This document shows positions 1 to 13,863 of a stretch of DNA of 64,000 bases, one piece after another; positions within the stretch are counted from its first letter, which is position 1, and the number at the start of each line of letters is the position of its first letter. Source of the DNA: Phyllosticta citribraziliensis (Eukaryota); the NCBI RefSeq assembly GCF_038025025.1, contig NW_027117346.1:248001-312000 (forward strand). Reading direction: 5' to 3'. Position numbers and translations under genes: made by a program. A model generated the notes under the pieces. It made no database searches. It had not been told where the DNA came from and saw nothing but the letters and a program-made list of their open reading frames with translations.

Positions 1-242
1 TCCAGTTTATAACTCAACTTAAGGAGAACGAGTCGCAAAACATCGAAAAGTGGACTCTCGAGAAACTCCTGACCGAGCAGGCAATCACTGAGCTTAGTGC
101 TAGCTGCGACAAGTTCAAGGGCGAATGTCAACGCGCATGGAATGAAGTCGAGATATGGAAGAAGGCCTGCCAGAACGCCGGCATAGTGCCCGAAGAGTAT
201 CAAAACCAAGGCGAGAAGGCGGATCAGAATGGCGATAGTTGA
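1..242 (+). CDS. CBF1: 3' end (partial) of a Cbf1-like bHLH-zipper transcription factor
   Basis: The frame from nt 3 reads QFITQLKENESQNIEKWTLEKLLTEQAITELSASCDKFK..., with TGA at 240-242. IEKWTLEKLLTEQAI is the characteristic post-bHLH segment of fungal Cbf1. It is absent from the ORF track because there is no start codon in the window. Confidence 0.82.
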   Translation, partial: QFITQLKENESQNIEKWTLEKLLTEQAITELSASCDKFKGECQRAWNEVEIWKKACQNAGIVPEEYQNQGEKADQNGDS

Positions 243-826
243 GGAGCGCGAGCACCTTCACATTCAGGAACGAACGCCAATTCCAGCGAGACACGAGCAG
301 CAGCAAGCACAGCTGTGGCAGTGTCTGCTCAAGCAGCCTTCGACGCTAGGACGATGTCATGAACGATTCACGACTGGTTTTTCAGCTTGCTTGCTTGATT
401 TGATTTCATCTTCTTCGCAGGCCCTTCTTCACAGGCGCGATTGGCCAACACAGCACCTTCACACCCATCCTCTCCCTCTTCCTCTTGCGATCCACGGCTC
501 GGAAACAGGGAGTCGTAGTGATGGACAGTGGGTCAGAGCGACGAATGGGTGGTAATTCGGGAGTTCGACTCGACTCGATCGAGTCACTTTCTCCCCTCTT
601 TTCCTCCAATCCACGGTTTGGGTGTTTGACGGACGGGAGGCGGACACTTTCATTGCATGACACGAGAGGACTTTTTCTTCCGCCCTTTTCTTTCTCTCTC
701 TCTCTCTCTCTCTCAACCTTGCGGATTCAACCCAAGTGTGTGGCGGATACCTGTATGCTTCCTTCCTACATCCTCTCGTGGTGGTGGGCGAGTTTTTTTC
801 CGCTGAGCTCTTACTTAGTGCATCTT

Positions 827-877
827 CTCTGCTCTGCGCTGCTCTGCTCTGCGCTGCTCTGCTCTGCTCTGCTCTGC
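827..877. repeat. Imperfect (CTCTG)n pentanucleotide microsatellite, one of several SSRs in the Cbf1/Far11 convergent gap
   Basis: Direct reading. Nearby SSRs: (CT)n ~693-714, (GCC)n ~1141-1158, (TAGG)n ~1229-1252. Confidence 0.9.
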
Positions 878-2231
878 TTTAGTTTTGGCATTCCCCCAAT
901 TCGAATTGAATCGAGTGAGTCTGTGATACTTGCCCTTATTTTCTGCACGCGTGGTCAGTCGTGTGCTTGGACTATGTTTATGCGGTGCCCCGGCCTTGGC
1001 CCTGCCCCTGCTGGCCACATGACGACGAAACCGAAACCGTTGGTGACCTGCCTTGCCTACGGTATTTTGAGAGCGGATAGGTCACGGCCGCACCCGGACC
1101 GTGCCTAGTCTTTCTCCTCCCCAAGCTTTTTTCGCATCGTCGCCGCCGCCGCCGCCGCCCCCGTGGTGTCGCTACCTAGTGTGCATGCATGGATCCCTGA
1201 CGACACCCTCTTTTTCGCAAACGTGGCAAGGTAGGTAGGTAGGTAGGTAGGTACATGTACATGTCCCTCGCCCAGCTGCCGCTGCAGCTGCAGACGGCTT
1301 GCCTTGACCTTTGCCTTTGCCTGTGGGTCTGGTCATCGCGTAGAAAGCAGCGAGCAGCGAGCAGCGAGCGTCACTTGCCCTGTATCAATACTGGCACAGT
1401 GCCCAGCATCCATCCCCATTCCTCCGCCCTCAAACACCCCATGCCGTATGCTATGCTACATGTCGGCGCGGGCAACCTCGGTCTTTCGCTCAATTCACTA
1501 AGTGTTCAGCAGGGTAGGTAGCGCTGTGTCTCTGCTCTGCCGTCTGTCTGGTCGTGCGCGACGCATTCGCTGGGAGAAGAGAAGATGAGAGAGGAATGGA
1601 GGGAAGAGCGGGAGAAAAAGAGTGGTCAAGGTGAAGAAGAAAGGGGCATGGGAACGGGTACCCAGGGCAGGCTTTGTACTCGGACTCGGACTCGGAGACT
1701 TCCTGCGTCCAGCGTAAACGTTGGGTTCTTCCCCAACACCACATCGCGACTGCATAGAGGCCGTTACTTCAGCGCTTGTTGCGCTGCAAATGGAGGTCTC
1801 ACCATCGCCAGTGATGCGGTGGTGCGGGCGAGATGCATGACAGAAGAATTTACATGCTGCGCTGTAATAGGAGGATGTGGATGTGTGCAGCAGCTCCCGT
1901 GATTCAGTGGAAAGATGAAGATAGGACGACGAGAATGGCGTGCAATTTGATTTGAAAAGGAAGGGCCAAAGGAATGGTCGAGAGGTCTCTGTCATTTGGA
2001 CATACACATACAGACGCAGACTTCATGTCGACAGGAAAAATTACGCGCGGCAGCTACACGAAGCCACGCAACACACACAGCCAAACCTCCAGCTACCATA
2101 ATCCGAATGACCGACCGACAGACCTATGTGATGTTCCAACGCGAAGATGCGACGCCATTTCGCCTGCCCGTCCGTACCTACACCCGCATTACACACAGCA
2201 GACAAAAACACCGAAGAAAGCCTCGACATGA

Positions 2232-5200
2232 TCAATAGCCCTGCTGCCACTGCTGCGGTCCCGGCGGCGGTCCCTCGTTCGGGCCCCCCGGCCCAGCGAG
2301 GCCCTGAGCCTCCCACTCCGCAGCGACGTCGCCCAGCATGGCGGCCTCCTCAGCGGCGGCCTGCGCAGCCGCCGCCTGCGCCTGCATCTCGCCCCAGCCG
2401 AGGCGCTCGAGCTCGCGGCGGAAGAAGTCCTGCTCGCGCGCGAGGACGCCCGGCTCGGCGCCGAGGCGCTCCGGGTAGCGCTTGAGGTTGAACCAGTGCG
2501 TGAGGGCGCGCAGGGCCTGTTCGAGCGGCACGCTCTCGTCGACGTCGGCGTCGACGTCGGAGCCCGCCAGCCAGTCGTCGCGCAGCTCGGGCCGGCAGTG
2601 CAGGTACACGGCCGTGATGACGCGCATGTTGGCCTGCCGCCACTTGCGCCCGCAGTACGGCACCTGGTTCTTGAACAGCTTGAGCGTGTACAGCCGCAGT
2701 TGCGGTTGCGGGATCTTGAGGCTTTTGCGCAGGTATTGGCTCGACTTGTACTGGACCAGCATCAAGTTGCGGTGCGCCTTGTTCTTGCAAATCTTCTGCA
2801 TGATGCGCAGCAGGTTGATGTTGCTGAAGAAGTTGCGCCATGAGAAGGACGTGATCGGTTCTGTTGGCAGGTTGGTTACTGGGATACCGAGCTCGTCGAC
2901 TTCTGGAAGATGGTTACCGTTGCCGTCGGTTGCGATTGAGGGTCCAGGCTCTCCCGTTGCAATCGATGGGTCTTCTGTGATGGAGTCCAGGAGGCTGTCG
3001 GCTGATGGTTGACGTCGGATCGGAGGTGGGACAGCCTCATCAGGGTCGTGTTGCTCGTCTGATTCGGCTCCGCCATGTGCCTCTGCATCTCTGAGACCTT
3101 CTCGGGAATGCGTGCGACAAAAGTAGAAGAAACTGTACCTAATTAGTGACATGAGGGCTTTGATGTGGCGCCTTGCTTACTTGAGGTCTTCCCTGTCGCA
3201 TTTGTAATTGATTGCCTTCTCAATCTCTTGCAACTGAAGTAGCTTGAGTGTAAGTGGGATGTAGTTTGAGTCCACCAGCAACTGCGTCAGATACTCCATC
3301 TTCAAAATGTCTGCCACAAAGTCAGCACTCTTCAATTAAACCAGAAGCGATCGATGCTTACGAGACACTTTGAACCACTTGAGCAAAAGGATCAGGATGC
3401 CAGAGGCAGCCTTGTCTTGAATCTCTTCTGTCCTCATCCTGTCCAAGTCCTCGAGGGGGATTCTCGACATGTCAGGAATCATGAATCCGGGACTTCCGTC
3501 TCCTGGCCCTCCATTCTGGCCAACTTCCATGCCAACAGCAGTTGGACTGTTGCTCTGAAGTGCCAGAGTCGCAAGATGGGACAAAAAGGTCCGAAGCAGA
3601 ACAATGACCAACGATTGAAGGTGTGGAAGCACGGCCGACTAGTCAATGTTAGTAAGCATCGTCTGCAACAGGAAAGATACACCAACATAGAACCTGTCTA
3701 TACGATCCAGCTTCATCGAAACCAGATCTTGCTGTTTGTTCCTTTCCTCGGGTGCTTTTCCATCCTCGAGTTTGATGGCATTCAGTTTCCTGTCCAGCTC
3801 GAAAGGTTCCACGTCAACATCCTCTGGACCAACCCAACCGCGCTCGTATTTCATGAAAAGGACGCGTTCTTCCCATAGTTGCTTCATCGCACGTGTCGCC
3901 CTCATTCTTTTGGCAAACAGTTCTGCGGCTTCAGAGATCGAGGTTGGGATGTCGCTCCCTTCCCACTTCCGCCCAACAAGCATGTCTTGAAGGTCGGTGG
4001 AGCCCTTTCCGCCAAGGTTGTTGCTCGACTCGTCGAGCGGAGGATAGAGAAAGGGGAAAAGCTGATTAGTCTGGTAGTTTTGCTTCTTGCCGCCTTTGCC
4101 TCCCGGCCCGGCTGGCGAAGGTGGCGGAGATGGAGCAGGTGTTGCTATGTGAACTGGTTGATGGAGAATAGAAGTGCCATTTATATTACCCACACCTGGT
4201 CCAGAAGAGCCTGCTTCCGAAGCCTTGCTTTGGTGGTTTTTCAAGGGAGGAAGAATGGAGTTGTTTTCGGGCTCCAAAGGGAAGAGAGGGGGCGGAGGGT
4301 TGTAGGCCGGGTACTTGGAACTGATTTCTTGCCGAAAGAGATGATAATCCAGCGGAGATGCCGTGATTATTGGTTGGCCTCGATTGTCGGCAGTCTCTTG
4401 CAAGGGATCTTGAAAGGACTTCTTCAGCTCGTCGAGCTCTTGCAGCCCACCAAAGTTGATCAAGATGGATTTCCAAGTCAAGAGAAGCACCTGATTGTGT
4501 TAGTCATCAATTATGCCAACGCATTTACTTTCTTACCTTGTGCTGTGGGGGCCCAATGGAGTCGTCCCATCGCAAGCTTGTTATGACCTCGATGAGGAAG
4601 ACAGCCAAATCTGGCTGGAGCTCAGCTGTGAGGCAAGTCAGTCAAGAGTTCCCATCATTCCATCATTCTCACTTACATAGCTCCTGCTTGAGGGAATTGT
4701 GGCCGTCCATTCGCGCCACTTCGTGGAGGACGTACATCAATGTAAGGGAACACCACAGCTCCCGGCGATCGGCTTCTCTTTCGTCGTGGGGAGTAATTTC
4801 TTGCTCGACAACATCCATGGTACTTCACCAAGTCAGTGAATCTGGGCCACGAGATTGGGCAAGCAGAAAACTCACAACTCGCGCACAACGGCAGAACGAG
4901 CAATGTCGAAGATGGGTTGTATACCACGGCACTCATGTATTATCTCAACGCCATTGCGAATCCAGTCAATTTGCACCTCTGACTTGATATAGTTGAAGGA
5001 TTGCTCGGCATCATTAGCTGGGGGAGCGAATTCTTCCTCGTCCTGCATATTTGAAAGTCCTGCAGTCTCATGCCAACAGCCTAGGGCAATGTATACCAAG
5101 GCCTCAAGGCTCCGCAGATGGGCATCTCTGTCCGAGCGGGAGAGATTTCCCACCAGCTTCCTCACGAGTTGTTCTCTAGATGCCGGCTCGGCTTTGCACC

Positions 5201-5777
5201 AGTCCATCTCACCCTGTTCGTATGCCGCCAGGTTTGAAAGTGTGCCATCGCGAAGAGCGACCCATTCCTCGACAAACGAGGACAGCGACTTGAGCAACAT
5301 GGCCTGCTCCTCCAGGCCGTATGAAAACCATTCCTCAATCTCTTGGGCAAAAGAGGATGAGTCGTCGTACTCGAAGGCATAGGGGGTCGGCTCGACCTTG
5401 GGCATATCAGTGACGAGCTTTTTGAGCTGCAACAGCGACAGCGAGTCTGTCGGCTGGTGACCCGGCTCGTAGGGTGGTGCCGGTGGCGCGGGAGGCGGCA
5501 AGCGCTGGGGAGCTGGAGCAGACTTGTCACGCCGAAGGCCAGGTCTCGCCGGCAGCGTGGCGCCATCGGTTGGAACTGGAGGGTGGCCTGCCTGTTCAAT
5601 GGCCTCAATGACTTGTTGCTCGGCGGTATCGAGTGGAGGCTTCACGCCCTCTTCGTCCGCGCCAATATTCCTGACCGGATCCGAAGGCAAGGCCATCATT
5701 TCAGCCTCGTCCACGCCCACGGGTACCTGAGGGACAGCCTCAGAAGGGTCCGCACGTTCGGAAGGTTGTTGGTCCAT
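2232..5777 (-). CDS. FAR11: STRIPAK component Far11/STRIP1 (HAM-2/PRO22 family), multi-exon
   Basis: ORFs 4872-5777, 3639-4490, 3336-3632 and 2232-3152 are separated by GT..AG introns. Motifs: TDSLSLLQLKKLV, FAQEIEEWFSY, PLDYHLFRQEISSKYPAYNPP, LLKWFKVS, LVQYKSS, WRQANMRVITAVYLHCRPELRDDWL. Confidence 0.93.
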
Positions 5778-7741
5778 GGTGACACGGCTACGGGGCGGCG
5801 AAACAGAGATAGGGTGGCAGCGGTGCAGGAGTCGGATTCGCGACAGCTGGCATCGTCAGGCGGGCGTGGTTAACGGAGCATGGCGCGGCGCTGAGGCATT
5901 GGGTCGAGGTGTTGTTTGGGTGTTGTTGAACGTAGGACAGCTCGCCAGCATGGATCCGATGCGATTGCGGGGACCGGAAGTGCAAACGCCAAAGTCGTGG
6001 CCGCTCGACCGAACATTGTCCACGCGGCCGTCGGTCTGCTGCTGTGCCCGTCAAGACATCTGCACTCTTTTGCCCTCCACCATCTTTGTCCTCGACTTTC
6101 TCAATCCGGACTCGAGTTGCCCGGCTGCTGCTAGCCACTGACGATCTCGCATGACTCGGCTCGGTTTTGGCGTCCTCACCTGCCCCTCGCGCAGGGCAAC
6201 CCAACGTTTCTCCAACCTGACCTCTACTTCTTCCACCGCCCCAGTCTCCCCTTCTGCCGGCTTGTACTTGATGATCCAAAAGGTCGCGGTCGAATGGCAG
6301 TATACGGTAGCACACGCGTGCCCCCTTCTCGGCCTTCGTCATCCACGTCGTGCCACACTGCCACAAGCAACCGAATCCTCTGTTTATGATGCGCCACTCA
6401 ATACTTTGCAGCTTTTTGTTGCTCGGCCAAGTCAGTGGAGAATCTGACGTGCAGATGCCAGCAGTTAACCTGTGGTTCAAGTATCTTTATTTTCTGTTGC
6501 ACCGCCCCCGATACTTGGGGCCACGGTCGCTTGGCACCAGGCCGGTGAGTTGGTACATGTCAGCTCTCCCCATAATTCAGCATGTTTTTTTCCGTCGTGT
6601 GGAGTCATTCTATTGGCGCTTCTAGTCACGTTACCAGTCTTTTTCGGAAACCGGGCCTCTAGCTCAATTTTCCTTTTCGTCCGTTTTTCCTACTCTGCCT
6701 GGTGGCCCCCTTCCACCCATCAAATTAGGGTTGCGCATCGGATGCGGGAATACTCCATCAGGACGGACAGGATTGCCGCTGGCGCTTCACCCCCAGAGTC
6801 GGCCCATCCGCTTTCCCCTAACAGATGCCTGCTCCGCTCAGCCTTGCCGGATGGGCAAGCGCATCATGCCGCGCACCAATCCGCCTCGAGCAAGCTTACC
6901 GCACTGCACCGCAGATGTGCATAGCACTTTAACAGATCTCTTGGGTCCAACTCGCACCCCCGCGTGCTCTTCAAGGCACATGGCTCAAGCTCTGAACCAT
7001 AGAGCTCGCCGAGCTTCAGCCTCGCCGTCACTCGTCCCACGTCATTGGGTTCTGCCATCAGTTGACTGCCGCAATCAGCCAACAACTCGGCTCACACGTT
7101 GCAGTGGCAATTATCACACCATTCATTATTACTGAGACCTGTCAAGCATTCAAGTAAGCTAACCTTTCCCTTTTGAGTGGGGAGCCGTGCTTGGGTAAGC
7201 GTTTGTTGCTATTCCGTGTAGCAGCAATCATTTCCTGGGGCCCAAAATCCTCCCATTCTCAGTGGAGCCAGTCCAGAATAATCGTCTTGGCGGTCCTGCG
7301 GGAAGGAATCGCAAGCACCGTCACTGCCACATGGCTCTGCTGTGCTCGATGCCGGGGTAAAATCCCTTGAAAGAGCCTCTGCTTTGCGAGCTGATCAATT
7401 GCTTCTGAATTTTCCAAGCCAAGAAGCCTCTTGCAGCCTGCTGCTATGGTCCACAATGGCTCAAAACACCTTTCACTTGGCGCCCCCATGATCTATTTTC
7501 GTGGGTTGAATCTCCTATCACGAGTTAAGGTTAGGTAGGAAGCTCGTCAGCGGTGCATGCGCAGCGTGCATAGACACCCGCTTCTTCAGAAGGTAGGATG
7601 TCAGCGCAAGGGGGACTTTCCCTTTTCAAGCTGCCATCATGACATACCAAGTTTCTCAGTCTAGACTCTTGTTGTGCTCAAAAAGGCTGTCCCTCCCACC
7701 CTTCCTTGTCCATACCCACTGCTCAGTTACTCAACGTCAAC

Positions 7742-8844
7742 ATGTTTCCCACTTTCACCAGGTCCGGCGTGGCAGCACTCATTTGCTTCTCTCTTGTTTC
7801 TGCTGTGCCTCTCGAGAAGCGTGCTCCCAGTGGACCTGTTATCTCCTCCAACTTCCCGGACCCTTCAATCGTGAAAGTGGGAAACACCTGGTACAGCTTT
7901 GGTACAAATCTTGGAGACGACACCGCTCCACACGTCCAAATTGCCACGAGCTCCGACTTTAAGACGTGGTCTTTGACTGGGGAAGATGCTCTACCAACCA
8001 TTCCTGCTTGGGTAGCATTTTCCAAACCATCCATCTGGGCTCCTGATGTCATTCAGAACGACAATGGCAAATTTGTCATGTACTTTAGCGCGGCTCGGCT
8101 CGAAAATCCCGATCGTCACTGCGTTGGTGTAGCGACCTCAGAAAACATCATGGGACCTTATACTGCTCAATCCACTGCCTGGGTGTGTCACAACAGTGAA
8201 GGCGGGGCAATTGATGCCTCCAGCTTCCTTGACTCGGACGGATCGCGCTATGTCACTTATAAGATTGATGTGAGCCACATCTTCTCTCTTCCTGGGCCTC
8301 TGATACTGACAACGAGATAGGGAAACTCTCAAGGCAACGGCGGCGCATGCAACAATGACGTTGCGCCTCGAAAATCGACGCCGATTATGCTGCAAAAGGT
8401 CGATTCAAACGGCATTGACAAGATTGGTTCCGCTTATCAGATCCTAACCAACGATGTTCCTGACGTAGACGGCCCCGACGTTGAAGCGCCTTCGATCGCT
8501 AAATTCGCTGATGGTCGCTACGTTTTGTTCTTTTCTTCGAATTGCTTCACCACCATCAATTACAATGTCAACTACGCAACTGCTTCGAGTAAGTTGGACT
8601 CGAGGAATTCGACATTCAAAGTCATCTGGATCGCTAACGATCGATAGGTGTCAGTGGTCCCTATACTCGGGCGTCAACCCCTCTCTTCACCTCTAGCTCC
8701 ACCGGTCTTTGGTCCCCAGGCGGCGCGAGCATCGCGCCTGACGGTCAGCACCTGATATTCCACGCGTACATCGAGGCGGGATCGACCATCCGTGCGGTCT
8801 ACACGGCTCAATTGTCCTGGAACGACAACGTTGCCTCCGCCTGA
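7742..8844 (+). CDS. Secreted glycoside hydrolase family 43 protein (arabinanase/xylosidase-like), 3 exons
   Basis: ATG 7742, signal peptide and LEKR Kex2 site. GH43 motifs FPDPS, WAPDV, GGAIDAS and DVEAP. Introns 8270-8320 and 8589-8647; TGA at 8842-8844. Confidence 0.9.
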
Positions 8845-11800
8845 GCGGGGAAGAAGAGGGATAGTAGCGTCAACTATGGGCGCCAAATCCCCGCCCGAGG
8901 CTATCTGCTGACTTGATCCTCGAGCGTTTGCGGTGTGCTGCACTAGCTGCGGTAAAGCAGCAGTGTTGCGCGACTTTGCATCGAGTGCGGTCTAGTGTCG
9001 TGCCTGCAGAATTTCCTTGGCATCCACACCATCCGTCATACGGATCATCGTTGTCCCTTTTCTCGCATTTACACTCAGCATTTCCGATTTGGCACTGGAA
9101 CAGCATCCATCATGCAATTGCTACAGGTCATTGTCTTGACCTCCAGGTGTTTACAGCCGGCTTCATATACCCTACATTGTTCCATCGACGTCCTGTTCAT
9201 TCGAGAGTTCCTTTGCTACTTTTCTTCGATCGGTGTTTGGATGAGGCTTACACTAGGAGCCCCTTGGGTACGAGTTTTTGATGAATACTTGTACAGCTCC
9301 AGCCGGCAAAACATGTACAATACGAGCTGGAACCCCGGCATTTGTCTCGGCGCACAGCGCAGTGTTGCATTTTCAGTTATCTATCTGCGAAAGGTCAAGC
9401 TTTGGGATTAATCGATTGATTTTAGTTGAACCAAGCATTTCTTCCTGTCTGGCCATTGGTTTTCAAGGGTCGATGTGGGGAAGATGCATGGCAGATGATA
9501 TGAGATGGTTGGTCAATTTTCGAAAGGGATGTGACCGTCTCGCCAGTCTCTGCTGCACTGCAGCTTTGCTGTCCATATTGGCGCATATGCCGACTAATCT
9601 CTAAGCACACGATGACTTCGCCGAGAAGTCGTGAACCCTTTTCTAGCAAGATGACGAACACGCTGACATCAAACCACAGCAAACCTCTCGGAAAATCGGA
9701 GTCGACTCTGAAGGGTCGGTACACAATTCGGAAGAGGACTTTTCGTCGTCGTGTTTGGCCGGAAAGGTACATGACGATGCAGCATCTTGGTAAGTGCATT
9801 GCTGGCCGAAAAGACTCTTGTAACCCTTGTGTAACCTGTTCAGGGGGTAGCTGGATGCGCGCCAACGCTCCTCGGCCCCTCCCTTCTACCGTACCGGCCG
9901 GGAGCGCCCATCCTTCCCGCCCGCCACCCACCGGCGCCTCAACCCAACCCTCTTCCTCCAAGCCGATATCTCCACGTCCCGCCCTGCCGCTCACAACATC
10001 GAAGGATCGGGCTCGATTAAATCCGACGGCGGCAGCTTATCCTGCATATGTGGGCCGATGCGGTGCATGCTCGCTCGGGAAGAGATGAAGGTTAGTCGAC
10101 ACGCGCGTTTGCATCAGTTTGTCAGGCTCAGACCTGTCGCTCTCCCTCGAGCTTCGCTGATGGCTTCCACCAGCTCGCAAAGGACCGAGGCCAGGTCGGA
10201 TTTTAGTCCGAGGAAACGACAAGGAGCCCGATTAGCGTGAGGGCTAGAATCCTGCCATACGCCATAGCGGTTCTTTCCCGTTGCGCTACTGTAGCGTTGA
10301 CCAAAGGTCGGACGGACGGGAAGATCGATCACCACTGATGAATGAGAATGGACCGGTGAAGGTTCGAAACGTTTCCTTTCGCTCTCATCGTCCCGTTTCA
10401 ATGCAGCGTAGGGAGCTTTTTTGGAGCGGAGCCTTGGCTGTTCTCTTGGTCTCTTGACCATTTTCTATGCCGCTATTCCTCCTTGCCAAGCGCCTGCCAA
10501 GTAGGGAGCTGCGATACTCGTGCAACACACGTCGCCAGCCACGTCAAGCATCGTCATCGTCAGCCTCAACAACAACCTGAGCTTGGCCTTCATCTCCTTA
10601 ATTTGAAGAAGCTTTCTTTCTGGTTGGTGTTCAGCCGAGGAGTTCATCAATGTTGCATTCGCTTTTGAGACAAGAAGATACAAGGGCGCCTCCAGCCTGA
10701 GGAAACGAAGACGTCTGCTGTAACCCTTTTAGTGAATTTCTTCCGATGATTTCAATGTTTCCAACCACAGCTGACGCAACGACAAATCGAGTCAGCCAAA
10801 TGAAAGTCAAATGCTTGCCAGGCGCAAACTCCAGGAACCGGCATCTTCTGTAGCCACCAGCGTCTTGGAACCTTGAGACTTGGAAATCCCTTCCGCTACT
10901 GCTCCTCCATCACCTTACCATGCAGCCAACCTTGTTTGATCTCCTGTTGCAAACTAACCACCGCCATAATCAAAAGCTCAACGCTGATGGCAGGGACGGG
11001 GCGTCCCGCCAGCCTCGGTTCAGGCTTGTCCACCCAATACGGGCTTCCCCAGCACAGCTCGACGCCACAAAGCAGACGTGTCTTACAAGAGCACCACTAT
11101 ACGCCTCTGCTGTATCCTGTGTATGGATCGGTATGCTCGAGCGCAGTACAGACACACACGGGTTGCACCAAACGCCAAATTGATCGATTCTGTGTGCGAT
11201 GAGTCTGGCCTGGACCAGGGCTTGACAAGGCGAAGTGAGGTGAAGAGCAATTGCAAACAAAGACAGAAATAGAGTGAATCAGGAACGGCTGTAAAAATAA
11301 GTCGACAACCACCTCAGCCTGTGAACCTGCATCTTTTCTCTACAATCAGGCACTTCCGCCACACACGTCACTTCAGCACCGCCGATACACCATGGGCGTT
11401 GAGCAGGCGCACTGCACAGCGGGCGGCCGGGCGGGCGGTCCGCTGCCTTCGTCCCTGTCCGCTCACTTGCATGTATGCACGTATCCGCTTGTCAAAAAGA
11501 TTGCTTTGTCGCCGCATTGACACACTGACACTGACACTGCGCGCGCTCCATCTTACTTGCAGCAGTCAGTCGCCGTGTGCGCCGGGAGCGGAACGCACAG
11601 CGCGGAGCGGGAGGGAGGGAGGGAAGCATGTCCTGCATATCCCATGCGAGAGGAAGGTTGGCTGGTGGGCTAGCCTGCTGCACGAATGACTTCGGCACTT
11701 GCCTTGCCATCTGTCTCTCTTGTCAACGAAGCATCTGGACGGCTGGTCGGCCGGGCCAGAAAGGGGAAGGTTGCTTGCCAAGTGCTGCGGCGCGTTTTTC

Positions 11801-12410
11801 GTAAGTTTTGATCTGCCAGAGCAATCATGCAGGGCATGGCTGGCGTTCTGCTACTCATTTTCCGCTCCAGGAACTGCTGGAGCTCCGTTCAAAAGGCCTC
11901 AGCTGCGAGGCTGTGTCGCAAAAGTCGTGACACACATAATCCTGAGGTTCTGCGAACCAAGGCCCGAATGCTCCCTATCAATGCTCTCTCAGACTCCTGA
12001 ATGCTCCCGCGCACGCACTTTGGCTTTGTTTGGCTTGGAAACTCCCTATCAGATGTATTTTGGGGCATATGAATGCTCGTCAATCTTCTGCGGCGACTCT
12101 TCCTCGCCCTTCCGGTCGTTGTCGTCAATTTCGCCCCCTCTTCGTCGATCTCTTCTTCCTCGTCGTTCTGCTTCTCATCTGCCTGGCTCATCTCACCATC
12201 GAAATATTTGAGAAGACTGGCGGTCTGGCCAACGCGAAGACGAGGGCTTCTCAGCAGCTGGTTGTTAAGAGCTGGGACGGGCGCGCGCCTAAACGAGGAC
12301 AAGGGGAAAGGCAATGCCGTTAGACGAAGAGGAGACTGAGATTGAAGCCGGGGCCAAGGAGGATCTCCCACTCGCCCTTTGACGAGAAATTCCCAACAAT
12401 TGCATCCATC

Positions 12411-13061
12411 ATGTCCGTGATGAGGGAGCACCACGAAGGTGCATCACTGCAGCAGCTCCTGACATTGATTCCGGAAGAGACCCATTGGGTCTGGCACATG
12501 CTCCCTCTTTTTGAAAAGCATCGCAATCAAGAAGTCTACGCGTTCATGGGTGAGCAAATCATATTTCACTACTATTTGTAAAGCTACTGACCGTACCACA
12601 CAGGCACATGCCGAAAGCTTGACCAAAACCAAGACTTTCTGACCGTCCCCCACGCAGAACGGGGCCTGACGCTGCAGCTCCTGTAAGCTGTCCAAGAGAT
12701 TTCCGACTGCCCGATCATTCTTTTCGACATGCGCGTCATGTGTAGGACATATCGCGACAAGAAGAAACCAGAGGCGCCCACTTCGCAGTACTCGGACAAA
12801 CGAGCGCCATTGTTTGAGAAATGCGGTGCGATTGGAGATGTGGGTCGCTTTGGAGCACTTCGGCACCAGGTACACAGGACATCCTCTCCCCCGACTGCGA
12901 AATGCTAGCTAACCACTTTGCAGAAAAAAGGTAATTTTCTCGTATGTGAACTTTGCACAAACGATCCTCGCCTGGTGGCACCCGCTGACGCAGCTGGCGG
13001 CGGCCTTCATTATACTGAGGCTGCTCCTCTTGCACCACAGGGTGTCCATACGTCCATTTGA
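12411..13061 (+). CDS. Putative 4-exon orphan gene (~159 aa), or a recent pseudogene
   Basis: ATG 12411 in CATC context. Candidate introns 12550-12603 (GTGAGC..CTGAC..CAG), 12683-12745 (GTAAGC..TAG, weak branch point) and 12870-12923 (GTACAC..CTAAC..CAG) join into one 480-nt open frame ending at TGA 13059-13061. No recognisable domain. Confidence 0.45.
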
Positions 13062-13204
13062 GGCTCTGGAGCGAGTTGCTTGACGTGGCGCGCAGTCTTG
13101 CCAGAAGGCGGCAGAGTAAGCGAAGGTTCACCAAAGCGGTTCATCCATGGCGCGGCGTGTGGAAGGTGAGGTGTAGACGATAGGGCGACGAGGCGCGCGA
13201 CAAG

Positions 13205-13863
13205 TTGAGGTGCGGCGGCGATGAGGTGACGTCACTGGCAATGACGAGGTGCGCGACGGCGAGCCGAGGTGACTGGTGGACTCAACACCAAGCAAGATAC
13301 CGGATTAGGCAAGGCGCGGCACCTACTGTCAGTATAAGAGAACCTCCTGTCAGAATTAGAAAAACCCCTGTCAGGGAAGTGGTCGCCCCCGGAATTGGCA
13401 ATGCCCCGGCCATTACTCATCAAGTCGACCCCATGGATGCTTCCAAGGGATCCCACAGACCCACAACGCGCTGCATCTCGGATGGGTGATCACCACAGGC
13501 GGCATCAACAGCCCAGCCCAAGCAGACCCCATGGGGACCAACTGCACAATTTTCTCCAAGAAGATCGCGGAGTTCTTCTCGAAGGCAATGTCAGATCCAA
13601 GTGTGAGCCCAACACCAGAAGCCGTGTACGATCAGATCGCTACCTATGTCGCAAAGCACAGCAAGTACACCATTCCTCCTCGAGGGTTCAGCAGTCAAGG
13701 CTTGGTAGACAGAATGAAAACGACTGCAAGCAGCTGTACTACGAGTTGATGCTGCTCGAGGGTGACGAGGACGATGTCAAAGCCGCCAAGCTTCTCAAAC
13801 GCAAGGCGCCAGGCGCAGAAAAAGCACAGAGACAGGTGGAGAAAAAGGACATGGCATGCCCAT
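13205..13863 (+). pseudogene. Probable frameshifted gene remnant
   Basis: Protein-like text switches frame: ...GLVDRMKTTA (frame of ORF 13486) continues naturally as KQLYYELMLLEGDEDDVKAAKLLKRK (frame of ORF 13395) if one base is added near 13727. A second switch is likely near 13486. Confidence 0.35.

Noticed and set aside
485..1108. 207-aa hydrophobic ORF
   Set aside because: Non-ATG start, and the hydrophobicity comes from CT and CTCTG microsatellites in the Cbf1 3' flank.
6721..6736. TTAGGGTTG as a possible telomerase RNA template (antisense)
   Set aside because: A single imperfect match with no supporting structure; expected by chance.
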